From: the human T2T-CHM13v2.0 reference genome, Homo sapiens
DNA: 64,000 nucleotides
Reading direction: 5' to 3' (one strand)
NCBI RefSeq assembly: GCF_009914755.1
Contig: NC_060933.1
Below, one piece after another: positions 25,696 to 39,989 of the stretch. Within the stretch, counting starts at the first letter, position 1. Each line of letters opens with the position of its first letter. The translations under genes were made by a program, and so were the position numbers. Under the pieces are notes generated by a model. The model was not told the origin of the DNA and did no database searches. It worked only from the letters and a program-made list of their open reading frames with translations.

Positions 25696-28600
25696 TGAGC
25701 GAAAGAAGGATGACAAGTCCCTTGAGGACAGAGCCCTGGTCTATTCTTTCCACCACTGGGTCCCCAATACTGAGGATGGTGCCTGATACAGAGGGATTAA
25801 CACTTGCCATATGAGTGTCTTCTTTGGTTGAGTAGACTCAAGAACCAGGCTGCCTGGGAGTCTGAGACCCAACTCTGCAACTTCGTAGCTGTGTGGTCAA
25901 GAAGAAGTTACTCAATCTTAAGTGTCCTCAGTTTCCTCATCTACAAAATGAGGTTGACAATACTTTATAGGTTGTTGTGAGGATTAAATGAGTTAATACA
26001 TGGACATCCCTTAGATCAGAGCTGTGCCTGGTGCACACCAAGTCCCACGTAAGCATTGGCCACATTGATCATTTTTATGGTTTCACATCTGTGCTCCCTC
26101 CCGTCTCCTGAAAAAGATAATAAATCCTCTTAAGGCAGGGCTCTGGGCTCTGGGTGCCCTGCCTACTATGCCTCCTAGTAAAAATATGTGTTGACTCTGT
26201 GGCTTCAGAGAAAGGAAGATCTTAAATCCAAAGCAGGGGCAAAAAAACTCCAGGGTACACATTCCACTGGGGCCAAGGGCACAGCTGGCCCCTGACTGAG
26301 GGAGGCAGGATGGCAGGACAGTCAGAGCCTTGGGCTGGGAGAGGAAAGGTTGCATTTCCATGCTGGCCCTGGCATGGGCCTCCTCCTGGGGCCCAGGCTT
26401 CTTTGAGCTTGGGTCTCCGCAGCTCCACATTGACAGAGATAGTCTCCCATGAACCATTCAAGTTACAGACTGAGGAAACACAAATCAGGCTATCTTCGGC
26501 TCCTCATCCTCAATTTTCCCTTCTTTGAACAGATTTTTCCGGATCGGAAAAACTGAGCCTTTGCTAGCCTTGGAACACACATGCTCTCTCTCTCCAGGAT
26601 GAAATGCTGTGTCAGCGTCAGCTAGTGGTTGAGGATGGCACCAGATGGAGCGCTCATTAACGCCCCCGAGCAGCAGCTCAGGGTCCCCCCGGGTCACCTC
26701 CCCAGAGTACACAGGCTCAGCTTTCTCTCTGGGGCCGCCGACAGTCCCACCTTGTCCTACCCCTGCGATTTACAGGAGTCAGTGGTTGACACAAGTTCCC
26801 ACCCAGCGTGGGCTCGTGGGCCCGTGGGCTCAGCTGGACGCCAAGAACCACAGAAACAGCTCCCACCCGCCTACCCCCTCACTCTGCAAGTGACTCATTG
26901 GGGTTTGGAGTGGGCCACCCTAGGGGTGGCTCCTTGTTGGAATAAGACAGTCACCCTCTAACAGAGCAGGCAAAGATGGCATGCCAAACCCCTTGCTTGG
27001 CAAGGTTTCTGACCAGAGGGCACCAAGGCATCTCCTTCCAGCCAAGGAATGGCAGGCACTCGATTGGTCATGGCCCTCTGGGAGCCTGGAGCCCAGATCC
27101 CCGGGTTCAGAGCGGGAGACAGAGACACAGCCAGAGAGGGAAGTTGATGAGGTCACAGTCACACAGCAAGTCAATAGCAGAGCTAGAACCCTGCAGACCA
27201 GGTTCATGGACATCTCATGCTCCCCTAAGGCTCTGCTGCTGAAGAAACCCAGGCTGGTCTTCTGGGTGCCAGATGAGACTCCTGGACATCTGGTCTTCAA
27301 GGCAGATTGCTGGGTCTTCCAGGCTTCCAGGCAAGCCAATGAGGTCCCTTGTGTATGACAGAAAGAGAAAGGGATGTGGTGTAAGAGAAAGGCTGGGCTT
27401 TATAGTTGGGCACAATGGGCTTTATAGTTGGACACAACTGGGTCTGCCAGTTACTAACAGGATAAACACAGACAGGTTACTTTAATCTCCCTGAGCCTCA
27501 GCTTTCTCATCTGTACGATGGGGTAACTTATCACCTCTACATGTTGGATTGTTGGGAGGATTGCAGATATCAAGTGTCTGAGGCAGAGTAGGCTCTTCAT
27601 AATAGCAGCTACAGCAATGGCGAGGACTTCTGCTCTAACTGGCCGGAGCAGCTTGAGTGGAGGGGGTGGCTGGGACAGGATGCAGGCCTTTCAGGAGCTG
27701 GAGCACCATCCTGTAAGCACAGACAGAAGAGCCCTAGGGCTGAAAAATGGGTGGCCTGCCCGGGTCATCAACTTGCTAGGGAATAACTGGGCAAGTCTTG
27801 CAGTTCTCCAGGACTCAACAATGGGGTGTTGGGACGGAGGAGCTTACCGCTGCAAATTTCATGTTGGCCTAGCTGGCAGAACAAGGACTGCACCCATGCT
27901 GGGGCTGCTCCCTGTCTAAACAGATATTGCTGGAGGAGGTGGAGACTCCAAGTGGGGCATACAGGCAGGAGGTGGTGGGAGGAAAGGAGCTGGCTAAGCT
28001 GGGATGGGCCTGGCAGAGCAGGGGCTACTGCCTCAGGCTTCTGGGCTGATTACCCAAAAGTTAGTGAAGGTCTAGTACCTTCAGACAAGGCCCAGATGCT
28101 CAGGACCAAGGGTCTTTTGCAGTAGCAAGGAGACCGCTTCAGCGCCTCCCTGTAATGCTGGGAGTCCTGGGCTGCCACCACCCTGGTTTGGGGTTCAGAC
28201 TTGCTTCTTTGGGTGAGGCCCAAGCAGGCCTATCAGTTCTCCAGGAAGAAGGGAACACACGGAGAGGCCCTGGCTCTGTGGGCCAGGCTGTCACAGTCTC
28301 TCTGCCCAACAATTAAGCCTGCACCTCTGCATAAGCACCTTCCTAAAGTGCAGCTCCACGTCTGCCCTCTCCTCAGCCCTAAAACCTCCCATGGCTCCCC
28401 AGGGCCTGGAACCAACTTCATATCCTGGGTGTCTGTGACTTATGGAGGCATTTCAGAGGGTCCCAGAAGCCTTGACCTGGGTGCCAAACATTAGGCATGC
28501 ACATTTGTCTGGGGTGAGTTCCGTGGTTTCATCAGATTCACGTGCAAAACCTCCACCCCATGGGCTGAAGTCCACACTCTTGATTGGCATTCAAGGCCCT

Positions 28601-29039
28601 CCCCAAGCTGGCCTCAGCCTGGATTCCTGGTCTCAGCACCTGCCTCTTCTCATGCCTCTCCCTACCCTACCCCATTCACAGACCTGGGGTTCAGCCTAAA
28701 TGATCCCCTTGTACTTGCTCACACTGATCCCCCCTTCCCCTTCACTCTTCCAGGAAGTTTTCCCTGACTGCTTCTCCTTCTTCCAAACACATAACATCAT
28801 CCGGGCACCCCGTTTGCAGTCTTTCTCACAACCACCCTCCCTTCAGCACCCCATTGCTTTCACTGGGCACAAACCTTTCTATCTCTTGCCTGGACCCTCA
28901 CAGTAGCCTCATGTCCACTCACTCTGCTGCCCCCACCCCCACCCTACCCCTGGCTACTTGGCCAACCTCCCAGCCCTGCTTGTGTCACTCTCTTACCCTG
29001 GGGTCCCTTATCTCCTCCCAGGGAATCTGGGTGATAGGG

Positions 29040-29400
29040 CAGAGGGGAGAGAGGAGGAGGCAGAGGAGGGGGAGGAGGGAGAGGAAGGGAGAGGACAAAA
29101 GACAGAAACAGGGAGGGAGAGAGGGACCTCGGAAAGGAGAGAGAAATAGAGTCAGAGCCACAGAGAGGCAGAAACAGAAAAAGGTGTGGAAAGAGAGGAT
29201 GACAGGAGGAGGGGGAAACAGGGAGACAGGATATAGAGGCAAGGGGAACTAGAGAGGGATGCAGACAGGAAAAGACAGCGGGATGCAGAGAAAGGCAGAC
29301 AGGGAGAGGGCAGAGAAACAGAGACCACCAGAGATGATCAGGATGCAAACACAGAGACTGCTGACAGAGAGGGCCAGAGCAGGCTTTGGGCAGAGCTAGA
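29040..29400. repeat. GA-rich low-complexity tract
   Basis: Purine-dominated GAGAG/GGAGA/CAGAG runs. Confidence 0.8.
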
Positions 29401-31077
29401 AAAGAAGACTGAGGCTGGGATGGCCTCCACCTCCCCCAGGGAAATTTCTCTCCAGTGCCTCCCATCCCGGGAGCCCTAGCCCTCCTCTCCTTCTCTGAGC
29501 AATTGATCCTCCCCAGGGCCCAGACCATGGGCAAGGAAGCAGGGCCTGGTACCCGATCCTGCTTCCTGGTGGCTCCCTGCCCTCCCCACTCTGGAGGCTC
29601 TGGCCTGGCTCCTTGTCCAAGACAAGGCTCCAGGAATCCCCATCACCGTCTCCCCACCCCCTAAGAAGTGATTTGGGCCAGGTCAGTGGGCATAAGGAGT
29701 CACAGAGATTTAGAATTAGGGACCTCCAGGTTCAGAAAGTCCAAATGGCTGCCAGATAAGCTGTGTGATACTGACCCAGGACTTTAACCTCTCTGAGCCT
29801 CTAGGGACGTGGAAGGAAGATTCGGTGTTGTCTGGGAGGGACATTGAGAGAGCTTGTGTTACACCCTCAACCTGCCCGCTCCCATCTCCCAATACTTTCC
29901 CAATCCCAGTCGTGCTTGAAGCCGATCTCATTTCACCATATCAATGACCACTGCTCTGGAAAGTGGGAGAAGAAAGGGCTGGGGTGAAATCTCTGGCCAT
30001 TTAGCTAGGGCGCACACGGCCCAGGGCCTATCTCAGGTTCCAGCTTCACCTCTGCATTGGCCTCCGCCTCTGCTTCTGGGAGATGGGAGTTAAGTTACCT
30101 GTCAACAGACGGAGCCTGTTTAACTGTTTTTCGCCTGGGAGGATGGCCTGGTCCTGCAAAGCCAGGGTCTTATTGAGAACCCTGGCTGGGGTACGGAAGA
30201 ACAACAGATGTGGCCATGGTGATGATAACCATGGCTGAGCTCGCTCCGCTGTACTCTGCCCAAGCACTCTGCTTAGCATTGCGCATCCTGATCTCAGTAA
30301 CAGACTGTGTGAGATAGTACACGGATCCCCCTCCCCCAACCCACAGTTAGGGAAACTGAGGCTCAGGGCCAGTCAATGGTGGTACCAGGATTCAATTCCA
30401 GGCAGCCTGACTTCAGAGCACTCATATCCCATTAAAGGATATAAGAAGAGTGACACTGGTATTGGTGCCCATCCTGGCAACCTTCCTGTGGATCCAGCCC
30501 AGTCCCGGGCACTGGGAGGCAGGAATCAGCAGCCCGACCCTAGAGGTGCTCACCACCCAGTGGGAGAGAAGAGAGTCACCCAGTGGGCAGAGGATCCACC
30601 CCTCAATGAGCTCCTTCTGCAGGTCAGGCTCTGGGGAGTGCGCACAAGTGCAGGCTCAGGCACTGCACTGCCTGGGTTTGAATCACGGTACGTGGCTTTT
30701 CAACTGTGTAACCTTCAGCAAGTTACTTAACCTCTCTGGGCCTCCATTTCCTCATCTGTAAAATGCTCCCTAAAGTTGTCATGAGGATGAAATGCACTGA
30801 CTCTTAGTGGTCTTAGAGCTATGCCTGGCCCATGCCGAGGGCTTAGGTGAGTCACCCACAGCGTCTTCATCAGCCCTTTTTGGAGATCTCTTTAATTATC
30901 CTAGCAATTCTCTAAGGATGCTATGATAATCCCCATATCACAGATGAGGAAACTGAGGCTCAGAAAGGTAAAATGACTTGAGAGTCAGGTAAAAGGCAGA
31001 GCCAAGATTTGAACCCAAGACCACAGAAACAAGATCCTATATTCTTAATGATTTTTGTTGTGTAACAGAGAAAAAAC

Positions 31078-31250
31078 TTTTTCTTTCTTTCTTCCTTCCT
31101 TTTTTCTTCTCCTTCCTTCCTTCCTCCCTCCCTCTCCTCTTTCTTTCCTTCCTTCCTTTCTCTTTCTTTCTTTCTTTCTCTCTCTCTCCTTCTTTCTCTC
31201 TCTCTTTTTCTTTCATTTTGCTCTCACTTTCTTTCTCTCTCTTTCTTTCT
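31078..31250. repeat. (CTTC/CTTT/CT)n polypyrimidine repeat
   Basis: Directly visible. Confidence 0.9.
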
Positions 31251-32137
31251 ATACATATTTATTGAGCTTCTTCTACACACCAGGCCCTGTGCTGGGGCTG
31301 GAATCCTTGGCCTCCCCAGGAAGGACCTGAGTTCCCCTTACAGACCCTGAGGACTAGAGCAAGGTTTTCTCCTGCTCTTTCCTGACTGGCTGAACCTGGG
31401 GCTGCCTCCTCCCACTTCCTCAGCTGTAGCTGCTAAGGGAAGAAAGCTTTGATTGGGCCCCGAATGGTGGGCGGCTGGGCAGGTCTGGGGGTATCCGGTT
31501 CCGGAGACAGGCGCCCCTGTGAACACTGCCTCCCTGTTCCCCACTGGCTCTATTTTTCTTAATGCGAAAGTGCGCTGGTGGAGCCCTCGCGTAATTAGGT
31601 AAGACTTCATCTAGTGGAGCCGGTGAAAGGACGTCTGTGAGGAAGGGCTGGTGACAGGGGATGCAGAAAGAGAGCCGACCCAATTCCCAGGAATCAGAGG
31701 CCACTACCAAGGTCTGCCTGGGCCGTGGGCACCTGGCTGGGACACAGGCATCAGGGCCCCAGACCTGGTGGGGCCAGAGTGAGAAGTGCGTGTGAGCACC
31801 AGTCCTCGGGTGGTGGGAAGGGGAGTGGAGAGGGGTTGCCAAGTCCTCCAATGATCATCAGTCGCCAGCCCTCTACTCAGACCCGCCTTCCTTCAGGAGC
31901 CCTCTCAGGCCATGTTCTGTGCCCTCAGCTGGGTTCCCATAGCCCCTAGAGCCTGCATCACTTGTCATACGGATTGGAATTGCCTGGTATCTGCCTGCCC
32001 CCTTCTCACCTCTGGGCTCTGCTCTTGCTGTTTTCTCTCCTTGGCACTCTCTGCTTGCTTTCCCTCACTTTGCCCAGGCGCTTTTCGAATGTTACTTCCT
32101 CAGAGTCTTCCCTGACCACCCTAGCTAGATTAGCCTC

Positions 32138-33210
32138 ATGGTGACTTTTAAAACATGGCTCTGAATTCTCTGACCTTCCTCCTATCAAGAGGTGGGGTCT
32201 CTGTCCCTTCCCTTTGGATCTGGGTGGGCTGTGACTGTTTTGACAGTGTGCTATGGAAGGGACACTGGGACATCTGAGGCTGTGTCATAGAAGGCCATGG
32301 AACATCTGTGGTTTTGGCTGGGACACTTGTTCTCAGAGCTCTGAACCACCCCATGGCAAAACTAACCACTCTGAAGCTGCCATTTTGTGAGGAAGCCCAA
32401 GCTACACAGAGAGGTCATGTGTAGGTGCTGTGGTCACTGTGCTGGCTGGGCTCATTTTTCAGTTATCCCAGCCAACAGACTGGCATGCCATATTAGCTTC
32501 CCAGGGCTACTATAAAAAATTTCCACAACCCTAGTGACTTAAAACAACACAAGCTTATTCTCAGAGAGTTCTGAAAGTTGGAAGTCCAAAAGGAGTCTTA
32601 CTGGGCTGAAATCAAGGAGCCAGCAGGGAGAATTTATTTCCTTGCCTGTTCTAGCTCCTGCAGGCCTCCTGCATTCTTTGGCTCACAGCCTCCTCCTCCA
32701 TCTTCATAGCCAACAGAGTGGCATCTCCTGATTTCTCTCTGTCTATGACCTCTGCTTCTGTCATTAGCTGTTTTTCTGACTTCCCTGCCTGTTTCTTTCC
32801 CTTCTAAGGACTCTCAGGATGACTTCAGCTCTATACAGGGGATCCAGGATAATCTCCCCACCTCAAAATCCTTAATTTAATCATATCGCAAATCCTTTTT
32901 GCTGCATAAGGTAGCATATTTCATGGGTTTCAGGGATTTGACTGTGGACATCTGTGTAGTGGGGAGGGCATTATTCTATTTACTGCATGCGAATGAAGGC
33001 ACCTCCAAGTGATTCTAGCCCCAGCTGTCCCAGTCATCCACAGCCATTTGAGTCTGCCCAGTTGAGGCCCCAGACATCATGGAGCTGAGACGAGCCCTTC
33101 CACTGTGCCCTGCCCAAATTCCTGACCCATAGAATCTATGAGCATAGAACTGGCTGTTGTGTTGTGCTCCTCAATTCACAATTTTTTTTTATATAGCAAT
33201 TGGAATGTTA
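32138..33210. mobile_element. Nested MLT1-family MaLR LTRs (outer LTR interrupted by an oppositely oriented MLT1 at ~32490-32985)
   Basis: MLT1-like motifs AAGAGGTGGGGTCT..GTGAGGAAGCCCAAGCTA; inner GACTTAAAACAACACAAGCTTATTCTC..ATCCAGGATAATCTCCC. Confidence 0.7.
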
Positions 33211-33328
33211 ACAAGCCCCATATTTCTCTTCATATTGAATCCACTTAGCCTGCTTTGTTTTTCTTCATGGTACTTATAAAATTACATTATACATTTATGG
33301 GATTCCTTTATTTTCTGTCTCCAACTAG

Positions 33329-33671
<343 letters not shown>

Positions 33672-33696
33672 ACTTGTTGCTATATTCTAACCAGGC

Positions 33697-34066
33697 ATAT
33701 TAGTCCATTCTTGCATTGCTATAAAGAACTACCTGAGACTGGGTAAAGAAAAGCAGTTTCATTGGCTCCTGGTTCTGCAGGTTATACAGGAAGCACGGAT
33801 GGGGAGACCTCAGGAAACTTACAATCATGGCGGAAGGCGAAGAGGAAGGAGGCACATCTTACATGGCCGGAGCAAGAAAGAGAGCAAACAGGGAGGTGCT
33901 ACGCACTTTTAAACAACCAGGTCCCATGAGAATTCACTATCACAAGAAACAGCAAGGGGGTAATCAACCCCCATGATCCAATCATCTCCCACCAGGACCC
34001 TCCTCCAACACTGGGGATTACAATTTGCCGTGAGATTTGAGCAGGGACACAAATCCAAACCCTGTC
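33697..34066 (-). mobile_element. MST-family MaLR LTR
   Basis: TATTAGTCCATTCTTGCATTGCTATAAAGAACTACCTGAGACTGGG..GGGACACAAATCCAAACCCTGTCA. Confidence 0.88.
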
Positions 34067-34493
34067 ACCAGGCCTGGCAGATATTTGTTCAATGAATAAA
34101 CTCGTGTCTCCTCCATCAGGCTGTAAGCTCCCCGAGGTTAAAAACAGGTCTGTCTTGACAATCCCTGGTTCCCCAGAACACTGGCCAAGTAACAACACTG
34201 AGCAGGGACTCAGTACATGTTAAACAAGTGACTCTCTTACCTTCATTTACCCCACACCTCCCTGAGAATCATGAATTCAGGGGGACTTGGAAGGTACATC
34301 TGAGTTCATCTTTCCAGGAGTCACACACTTAAATGCCTCGGGGTCAGCTAGGAGCATAGGTACAAACTAGGTCATGACCTTGTAAGGCACTTGGGAGTGC
34401 TGAGGCCTGTGGCCAACTAACTGGTGGGCATGTTTGGATAATCAATTAAAACACATCTCTTTTGGTTATTCTTTTCTTCCTCTCTGGTCTCCC

Positions 34494-34934
34494 TGTATTA
34501 GTTGGTGTTCTCCAGAGAGACAGAGCCAAAAGGATATGTATATCCTATATGTGTGTAACACACACACACACACACACACATATATAGAGAAATTTATGCG
34601 GCATTGGCTCACACAATTAGGAAATCCAGGGGAGCTGATGGTGTAAATCCCAGTTCGAAGGCGAGAAAAGATGAGCAGCTTAAGTAGTGAGGGAGAGGAA
34701 AAGGTGGTGGGAGCATGGGTGGGAAATTCCTCCTTCCTACAGGTTTTGTTCTATTCAGATCCTCAACTGATTGAATGATGCCCACCTACATTGGGGAAGG
34801 GGATATACTTTACTGAATCCACTGACTTAAATGCTAATCTCACCTGGAAACACCCCAGAGACACACCCAGAAAGCAAGTTTAATCTGGGCACCCCGTGGC
34901 CCAGTCAAGTAGACACATACATTGAAACACCACA
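34494..34934 (-). mobile_element. MLT2 (ERVL) LTR with internal (CA)n
   Basis: TGTATTAGT..TTCTCCAGAGAGACAGAGCCAA..GGCCCAGTCAAGTAGACACAT. Confidence 0.75.
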
Positions 34935-35905
34935 CCCTCTATCCACCCTCTGCCCTTCGTCCCCTTCTCTGTGCCCCAGAGGGCTGTCCTCTCCAGGTGG
35001 GACTGCCGGACTTGGCTTCGTTGCCCCGATTCCTGAATGGATTTGGCTTACGGGAGACACTGGCCAATCCAAAGGTAGGAAAGGAGTGAGGTCAGGGTAT
35101 TTGCTTCCTCTCTTTCCTGCTGTGGCTTTGGTAATGACTGCTCTCCTGAGGCCACAGGTCCTGTCGGGCACCCCCTTCCATGGCTCTTTCTCTTGCCTGG
35201 CCCCAGTAACACATTTCCTTACCTTGTCCCTCCACACTACAGTCACTAGCTCCAGGGTGCTTTACCAGCCCTGGTTGGTTCCCATAACCCCGCCCATTGT
35301 AGATGCCTTGCTTTAAATATTTCCGCTGAAAAGTTTTTATTATTATCAATAGTAGTAGCATCTTTATTTATAAGCTACTTGGTCATTTTTCCTGGAGCAT
35401 TAAATGCTCTTTCAGCTGACCCCTTTGGAGTATGCTGTCTCCTGCCAGAATCCTGAGTGTGACAAACATTTGTAGACCTCATTTGGCCCTGGATTCTGGT
35501 CCAGTTCCCTAACCAGGCCAGAAGTTTCCCCTCCAGTCTCTGCCAGGGACATTGATTTCTGCTTGCCCCCTTCCCCCACCAGTACTGGTTGTTTACCACC
35601 TCCCATTTTCACTCTTTCGTTGTTTGGCCCTCTTTCTCAGCATAAGTGGAAATCTCCCTCCAGAGGTTCCTCTTAAGGCCCCCCGACCCCATGGACTATC
35701 TTATACAGGGGTGATGGTTAACACTCCCCCATTGAGAGGATGGTTTCAGCTCAAATGCCCCTGGGACTTCACCTGGACCTTGGACCTCCCATCTCTGCCA
35801 GTCCCAACTTCCTATCTAGACTTACAATAGTTTGTCCATATCCACTGATTTTGTTCCTGGGCATTGGTATCCAAGGGTCCAGGCAGAGATCAAAAGGTGG
35901 ATGAT

Positions 35906-36211
35906 GGCCGGGCATGGTGGCTTGCCCCTGTAATCCCAGCACTTTGGGAGGCTGAGGCGGGAGAATCGCTTGAGCCCTAGAGTTCAAGACAATACTGAAC
36001 AACATAGTGAGATCCTGTATCTGCAAAAAAAAGAAAAAGAAAAAATTTAATTAGCCAGGCATGCACACCTACAGTCCCAGTTACTCATGTGGCTGAGCTG
36101 GGAGGATTGTTTGAGCCCAGGAGGTAGAGGCTGCATGAGCTGTGGTCATGCCACTGCACTCCAGCCTGGCTATAAAGTGAGACCCTGGCTTTAAGAAAAA
36201 AAAAAAAAAAA
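35906..36211 (+). mobile_element. Alu (J-type)
   Basis: Full Alu; TSD AAAAGGTGGATGA. Confidence 0.93.
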
Positions 36212-38569
36212 GGTGGATGAGACAATTCTGCCCTTGGTCCGGGCTGTGGTTTCTGGTAATAGTAACTGAGTCAGGTTTCCATGAGACAGATTTCATGATC
36301 TTTGGTGACAACTTTCTAATGCACTTGACTTCAATCAGTGTAATCAATGAGTTCCCCACACCAGATCTTCCTCACATATTCCCCCACTACCAGAATCCCA
36401 TCACTGTCCGCGTTGCTCTGCCATGACCCAGTCAAAGGGAATGGGTGCAGCTCTGGCTCTGTTCCCCTTTCTGGGTTCTGGAGAGTCCCTGTCATACCTA
36501 TTTTTCTTCTTTTGAAAAAATGAGACTTTTAGATTGGGTGGTTAAAAAGAAAAAAGCCAATGACTGACTGATATCCTCTATACGTGAGCCTTCTTTTCAT
36601 AGCACTTTATCAGCAGTTGTAAGTTTCTATTTATATGTTGATTATCCCACAAAAGTCCCTCTTCCTACTAAGCCATGAGGCTCCACCAGGCTAGAAGCCT
36701 TGGTATCCTCGGGGTGTGGCACATCATCTGACAATGCTGGGTGCTCAGTAAATTTTGGTTAAGTGAGTGACTGCCTGGAGGAATTAAACAACACCCTCCT
36801 CAGCTCAGCATTGAGTAGACAGCTCCCCAGATCACCAGGGGACTCTGTTCTGGCCCCCTGCCCAAACTGAGACACTCAAGAACTTCCTTTGGGGGAAAAA
36901 AAAGTATTTTTTTCCTGGTGGCCTGCCTAGCTGCCAGGCCCCCTTAAATGCCCCAAGAATATTCCTTCGAGGCTGCGCTGGTAGAACAGCCCAGAATTCT
37001 TTGAGGAGCTACATTGGGTTGCCTTTTTTTCCCTGCTGCCTCCTAATATTAACCTGGCGCTGGGCCCCTGGCCCCCACGCAGTGATGGGAGGCCCTGGAT
37101 GGAGCCAGCTAACGGATCCATCTGGAAATAGAAAAATAATCCCAACACTAGCGGTTTTGTCTGGCGCCCTAGTGGGGTGTGGAGCAGGGCTGTGAAAGGG
37201 GCTTTGAGGGCCAGCCGGGGAGGGCTGTGGACGCCTCTGCCCCCAGCACTGGCTGGGTACCTGTGCCCAGTCCCCCAAGACAAGGGGCAAACCTGCGGGG
37301 AGAGGGGCCTGTGTCACAGCTGACTGCGAGATGCCTAGACTAGCCAGTGTTCTAACCCGGCCTTGAAGCTGCGTGACCTTGAGCGAGTGGCTCAGCTTTT
37401 CTAGGCCACATTGCCCCTATGTTCATAATGGGGGTTATAAGGCCTGTGCCTTGGAATTGATGTGACAGTTAAATAACATATGGTAGCTAACAGAGCACCT
37501 AACATGGCACCTGGGGCTAGAACAAGGGCTAAGCAAATATGCTATGGCAGTGACTATTATTTCTGACTTCGGGAGATGTGGCTGATAAACCACAGGGGGA
37601 CCTTGGGCAATCCCATTGGGCCTCCATCTTCCCATATGGGTGGCAGGAAGTGGCCCAGGTCCCTCCAGTCCCAAAAGCCAGTGAGGCAAGGTCAGCAGCT
37701 GCTTATCTGCCCCAAGGAGAGAAGGAGATGCCTTATCCTCTGGGGAGCCTGCCGTGTGGCTAGAACCCAGACAGATCACTCAGAAGCGCGTGGAAGCTCC
37801 CAGGGGCCTGTTGCCAGCATCTCAGAAGAGTCTCTGAGCATCCTCGGGCCTCTCCTGGTGCTGCTCATTACTTCTGTATTTCCAGGGGGCTGAGCAGAGG
37901 AGGCGGGGCTGGGAGGAAGGGGTTCTTTCCAGAGACTCAAAGGGCCCAGGATGGAGGTCCCTTTTCTGGGTTCCGGAGAGTCACTGTCTGGAAAGGGGCC
38001 TCAGGCTGGCTCCCCACAGCTCTGCTGCCTGCTCTATGCACAGAAACCTGCGAGGGGAGGAGCCCTGGGTCTGAGGTCCTGTATCCACCATGCTTTGTGT
38101 GTCTTTAGGCTAGTTATGTCCTTCCTTGTTGAAGTTTCCCATTCATCCATTCAGCAAATATGTCTTGAGTGTCACCTCTACTCCAGGCTCTGTCCTTGTC
38201 ATTACAAATGTAAACAAATGGCATAATGTTTATGCTCCTTGGGGACAGGAAGATTACTGTGACTGGTAACTTTTCATGACAAAGGAGAACATCCAGGATG
38301 ATTTCTAGATTTCTGTCTTGTAAAATGGTTATGCCAGAAGGTGGGAGGGACACCCTGGAGAGGGAGCACGTTTAGGGTATGAGGAGATGACAGTTTCAGT
38401 CTTGGACAGGTTGAGTTTGATGTATCCAGAGGACAGCTGTGGAGGACCAAGGGGAGTTGGATGGAGGGGCATGAAGCTCATGGGAGATGACTGTGCCAGA
38501 GATAGAGCATGGGACAGAAGAAGGGCCTGCCTGGGCTCACTATCCCAGTTTCTCCACATCCCTCTGTGG

Positions 38570-38655
38570 TGGTGACAATGATGATGATGATAAGAATGGT
38601 GATGAAGGCAATGGTGATGCTGGTGGTAATAATGACAATGATAATGATGATGACA
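38570..38655. repeat. (GAT/GGT)n low-complexity repeat
   Basis: Directly visible. Confidence 0.8.
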
Positions 38656-38830
38656 ACTGGCATGTATTGATGGCTTCCTTCGTGCCAGACATGCCCCATA
38701 CCAAGTGGTTTCCATGCCACCTTCCATTTAATGATCAAAACAGCCCTGAGGAGTCAGCCTTAGTACCCCTATTTTCAGAAAGAATTGAAGCTGAGCGGTG
38801 GTCATCTTTGGCTGAGTTTCCTAGAAACAA

Positions 38831-38833
<3 letters not shown>

Positions 38834-38874
<41 letters not shown>

Positions 38875-39150
38875 AGATTCAGATGTGTGGGATTTAAGGT
38901 CTTGCTCTGTTGCCCAGGCTGGAATGCAGTGGTGCAATCATGGCTCACTGCAGCCTCGACCTCCTGGGCTCATGTGATCCCCCGACTCAGCCACCTGCGT
39001 AGCTGGGACTACAAGTGTGAGTCACCATACCCAGCTAATTTTTGTATTTTTTTGTAGAGATGGGGTTTTGCCATGTTGCCCAGGCTAATCTTGAACTCCT
39101 GGCCTCAAGGGATCCAAAGTGCTGGGATTACAGGCATGACCCACCACGTG
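38834..39150 (-). mobile_element. (GA)n microsatellite (38834-38871) followed by a J-type Alu (~38898-39150)
   Basis: Pure AG run, then antisense Alu; GTGTGGGATTT on both sides of the Alu. Confidence 0.88.
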
Positions 39151-39989
39151 TGGGATTTGTTGACACAATCCGGGAAGGGTGAGGGCAGCAAAGGGGAGCA
39201 GGAGAGGGAAGGGGACAGGCGAGAGGTGAGTCTGTGGCATGAGCTGCACAGCAGGCACAGCCAGGCCTCTGATCCCCACCCCAGGCACTGGCCTCTCAAG
39301 GCATCCCCTGGAGACCAGCAGCCACACATCCACTTTGGCATGGGTGCACGCAGGTACAGGGAGCAGCATCCTAGTGAGAGAATCTGCCACGTTCCCAAAG
39401 CTATGGAGGGCTGAAGCCTAAAAGACAGAGCTTGGGGTAGCCTTGCTCAGGCTGATCCTAGCAGGTATTCAGGAGATATTTGTTAAATGGAGCCTGGAAC
39501 TTTCTAGGAGTCCTGACCTAAGGGGTCTCTTTGTCTTGCTTGTCCCAGAGCTTGGGATCTTCGAATCTCTGGCTGGGATGCACCCCAGAAAAAACACTTC
39601 CAGTCTGCTGGGTCTCCAGCTTCTCTCCCTGTGTTGCCTGGGCCATAGCCCAGTCCTCTGTCACGGGAGTCCTGAGTGGCTGCCTGAGGTGGGGCGTGGA
39701 GACTGTGCCTGAAGGGGAGGGGCTGTCAGGACAAGAAGCCAGAGGCAGGGGCAGCTGGACAGACTCTTCCAAGGCCTGGGAACACCCTCACCCCTAGCTG
39801 CTGAAGGGAAAGGGTCTCATTCACAGGTGTAATGTCCAAGGTCCCCTGGCTGGTGAGCGCTAACCAGGCTCTCAGCGTCTGAGGGCCTCTGAGGGGCTGT
39901 GAGGGTCATTGCTGGTCTGGCTGAGTGTGAAGAGCACTCCTGGCTAGAGGGGTGTCTCCCATCTCCTCTCTGGGCCTGTGCTTGGAGTG

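Noticed and set aside
27395-28320. 15/17 inverted match between GGCTTTATAGTTGGGCA and TGCCCAACAATTAAGCC
   Set aside because: Too short over 900 bp to exclude chance; no extension
37160-37180. CTCF-like GCGCCCTAGTGG
   Set aside because: Two bases shorter than the core GCGCCCCCTAGTGG, so the spacing is broken
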